NCBI GenBank assembly: GCA_015063885.1
Contig: SVTH01000009.1
Coordinates: 32,110-96,109 of the forward strand
Length of the DNA stretch: 64,000 nt
Direction: 5' to 3'
Source: Oscillospiraceae bacterium
GTDB lineage: Bacteria; Bacillota; Clostridia; Oscillospirales; CAG-382
Shown here: positions 62,197-64,000 of the stretch, in pieces
How the letters are laid out: each line of letters begins with the position of its first letter
Position numbering within the stretch: position 1 is the first letter of the stretch
Made by a program: the position numbers and the translations under genes
The notes under the pieces: generated by a model
Told to the model about the DNA's origin: nothing
The model's database searches: none
Seen by the model: only the letters and a program-made list of their open reading frames with translations

Positions 62197-63276
62197 ATGG
62201 ACAGAAAAATTCGCGTTGGTATCATCGGTTGCGGCGGTATTGCCGGCGCTCACATCGGCGGTTACAAGACCCTCACCGACATTGCAGAGGTAGTTGCCTG
62301 CTGTGATATCGACGGCGCTAAGGCCGAGAGATACGCAAACGCTCACGGCATCCCCGCACATTACGTAGATTACAAGGAAATGTTTGAGAAGGAGAACCTG
62401 GACGCCGTTTCCGTTTGCACCTGGAACGCCGCTCACGCTCCCGCCACCATCGACGCTTTGAACGCAGGCATCAACGTGCTTTGCGAAAAGCCCATGGCCA
62501 TGAACACACAACAGGCTCTGGCTATGAAGGAAGCTGCCGAGAAGAACGGCAAGCTGTTGATGATCGGCTTCGTCCGCCGCTTCGGCAACGATGCAGACAT
62601 CCTGAAGAAGTTCATTGACGAAGGCACCATGGGCGACGTTTACTACGCCAAGGCGACCTACCTCCGCCGTAACGGCTTCCCCGGCGGCTGGTTCGGCGAC
62701 AAGGAATACTCCGGCGGCGGCCCCCTCATCGACCTGGGCGTTCACGTCATCGACCTTTGCCGTTACCTGGCAGGCGGTCCCAAGCCCGTTTCCGTGTTCG
62801 GCGTGACCTACGGCAATCTGGGCCCCAACCGTGCCGTTTCCGCAGGCAGACAGCAGTGGTCCGTTTCCAAGAATGCTTTGGGCATCGACTTCAAGTACAC
62901 CGTTGAGGACTTCGCCACCGCACTCATCCGCTTCGACAACGGCATGACCATCAGCGTGGAGGCTTCCTTCAACCTGAACATCAAGCACGACATCGGCAAC
63001 ATCGAGATCTTCGGCACCAAGGGCGGCGCCCGTGTTGACCCCCAGATCGAGCTGTTCACCGACATGAACGGTATGTTCGTGGACGTTCGTCCCTCCGGCG
63101 ATACCGCTCTCAACTTCGACGGCCTGTTCGCCCGTGAGGTCCGCCACTTCGTGGAATGCGTCCGCGGTGAGAAGGAGTGCATTTCCACTGCCGACGACGG
63201 CGTGACCCTGATGCGCATCCTGGATGCCATCTACAAGTCTGCCGAGACCGGTGAGGACGTTAAGATCGAGTATTAA
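62197..63276 (+). CDS. Gfo/Idh/MocA family NAD(P)-dependent oxidoreductase
   Basis: IRVGIIGCGGIAGAHIGGY is the Rossmann N-terminus, with the EKPMA motif (LCEKPMAMN). Confidence 0.8.
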   Translation: MDRKIRVGIIGCGGIAGAHIGGYKTLTDIAEVVACCDIDGAKAERYANAHGIPAHYVDYKEMFEKENLDAVSVCTWNAAHAPATIDALNAGINVLCEKPMAMNTQQALAMKEAAEKNGKLLMIGFVRRFGNDADILKKFIDEGTMGDVYYAKATYLRRNGFPGGWFGDKEYSGGGPLIDLGVHVIDLCRYLAGGPKPVSVFGVTYGNLGPNRAVSAGRQQWSVSKNALGIDFKYTVEDFATALIRFDNGMTISVEASFNLNIKHDIGNIEIFGTKGGARVDPQIELFTDMNGMFVDVRPSGDTALNFDGLFAREVRHFVECVRGEKECISTADDGVTLMRILDAIYKSAETGEDVKIEY

Positions 63277-63289
63277 TTTACAAAAAGAA

Positions 63290-63316
63290 AGGAGCACTTC
63301 TCGTGCTCCTTTTTTA
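63290..63316 (+). terminator. rho-independent terminator
   Basis: AGGAGCAC-(5 nt)-GTGCTCCT followed by TTTTT. Confidence 0.75.
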
Positions 63317-63337
63317 CCAAGAAAAGGCGGTACTGTT

Positions 63338-64000
63338 ATGGCGCAAACAAAAACAAGCATCGTTTTCACCGGGGATATCGGATTTGATCGGTACATGGCG
63401 GGCAAATGGGGGGACGAGGGGCTGCTTTCCCCCCGCCTGCTGGCGTTCTTACAAAGCGGCGACCACCTCTGCATCAACGTGGAGGGTTCTTTGATCGACG
63501 CGGCAGACGACGGCACCCGCGGGGTGTTCTTCCACAGCATGAACCCAAAAGCCGCCCCCTTCTTTGGGAAGCTGGGGGCAGACATCTGGAGCATCGGCAA
63601 CAACCACACCATGGACGCAGGGGCGGCAGGCATTGTCAACACCAAGAAATGCGCCAAGGAAAACGGTGCTGTGACCTTCGGTGCGGGACTGAACGAACAA
63701 GAGGCCTCCGAGCCCGTGTATATAGAGGGTGCGGGAGGCATCGGCATCTTTGGGGTGAGTTACCTTGCGGAGTGCATTCCCGCCACGGAAACTTCGCCGG
63801 GGATCTTCCGCTGGAACGATATGGCGTACATCAAAAAGCGGATCGACGAGATCAAATCCAAATGCCGCTGGTGCGTGCTGGTTGCCCACGGCGGGGAGGA
63901 GTTTGCCCCCCTGCCCAATCCCTATACCAGACAGCGGTATTTGCAGTTCTTGGAGCTGGGAGCGGACGTGGTGGTGGGTCACCATCCCCACGTGCCGGAA
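63338..64000 (+). CDS. CapA/PGA_cap family metallophosphatase-like protein, 3' end cut by window edge
   Basis: Hand translation from ATG 63338: MAQTKTSIVFTGDIGFDRYM...NVEGSL...IGNNHTMDAG...GHHPHVPE. The frame stays open to the window end and is absent from the ORF track. Confidence 0.65.
   Translation, partial: MAQTKTSIVFTGDIGFDRYMAGKWGDEGLLSPRLLAFLQSGDHLCINVEGSLIDAADDGTRGVFFHSMNPKAAPFFGKLGADIWSIGNNHTMDAGAAGIVNTKKCAKENGAVTFGAGLNEQEASEPVYIEGAGGIGIFGVSYLAECIPATETSPGIFRWNDMAYIKKRIDEIKSKCRWCVLVAHGGEEFAPLPNPYTRQRYLQFLELGADVVVGHHPHVPE

Overview
The window is a 64-kb chromosomal segment from a GC-rich Gram-positive anaerobe. An Oscillospiraceae- or Ruminococcaceae-type Clostridia origin is my inference from gene content and composition only. 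All calls rest on motif recognition by eye. No database search was run. Coding density is high and I found no rRNA, CRISPR array or transposase.

Housekeeping and accessory genes:
- SbcC/SbcD-like repair pair, PgeF, Psd, a NifS-like cysteine desulfurase, an LCP protein, GdhA
- a heterodimeric ABC exporter, a cobalamin riboswitch controlling a DUF4430-like surface protein, a CDF transporter, TrkAH, a ZIP transporter
- meso-DAP dehydrogenase, an orphan solute-binding lipoprotein, NrdR, tRNA-Glu and tRNA-Met, an SPFH protein with a small ribbon-helix-helix (RHH) protein
- a lipid-related cluster at the right end: DegV, acyl-CoA synthetase, a DUF1624 protein, a Gfo/Idh/MocA oxidoreductase, CapA

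The most interesting region is a sortase-dependent pilus locus at 32.7-43.1 kb. It contains a 1568-aa LPXTG tip adhesin, a major pilin, a class C sortase, a minor pilin, a sortase-fold protein lacking the catalytic His and Cys, and a signal peptidase I. The operon promoter sits inside a 23-nt inverted-repeat-flanked AT-rich segment directly next to a tyrosine recombinase, which makes it a candidate phase-variable inverton.

Downstream are two tandem paralogous modules of LytTR regulator, membrane-less GHKL kinase and two ABC half-transporters. The second module carries a low-GC transporter block bounded by near-identical tracts shared with the first module.

Intergenic space is filled by two repeat families. 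One family has about 430-bp structured units in inverted tandem arrays about 29.5 kb apart and shows compensatory stem changes between copies.
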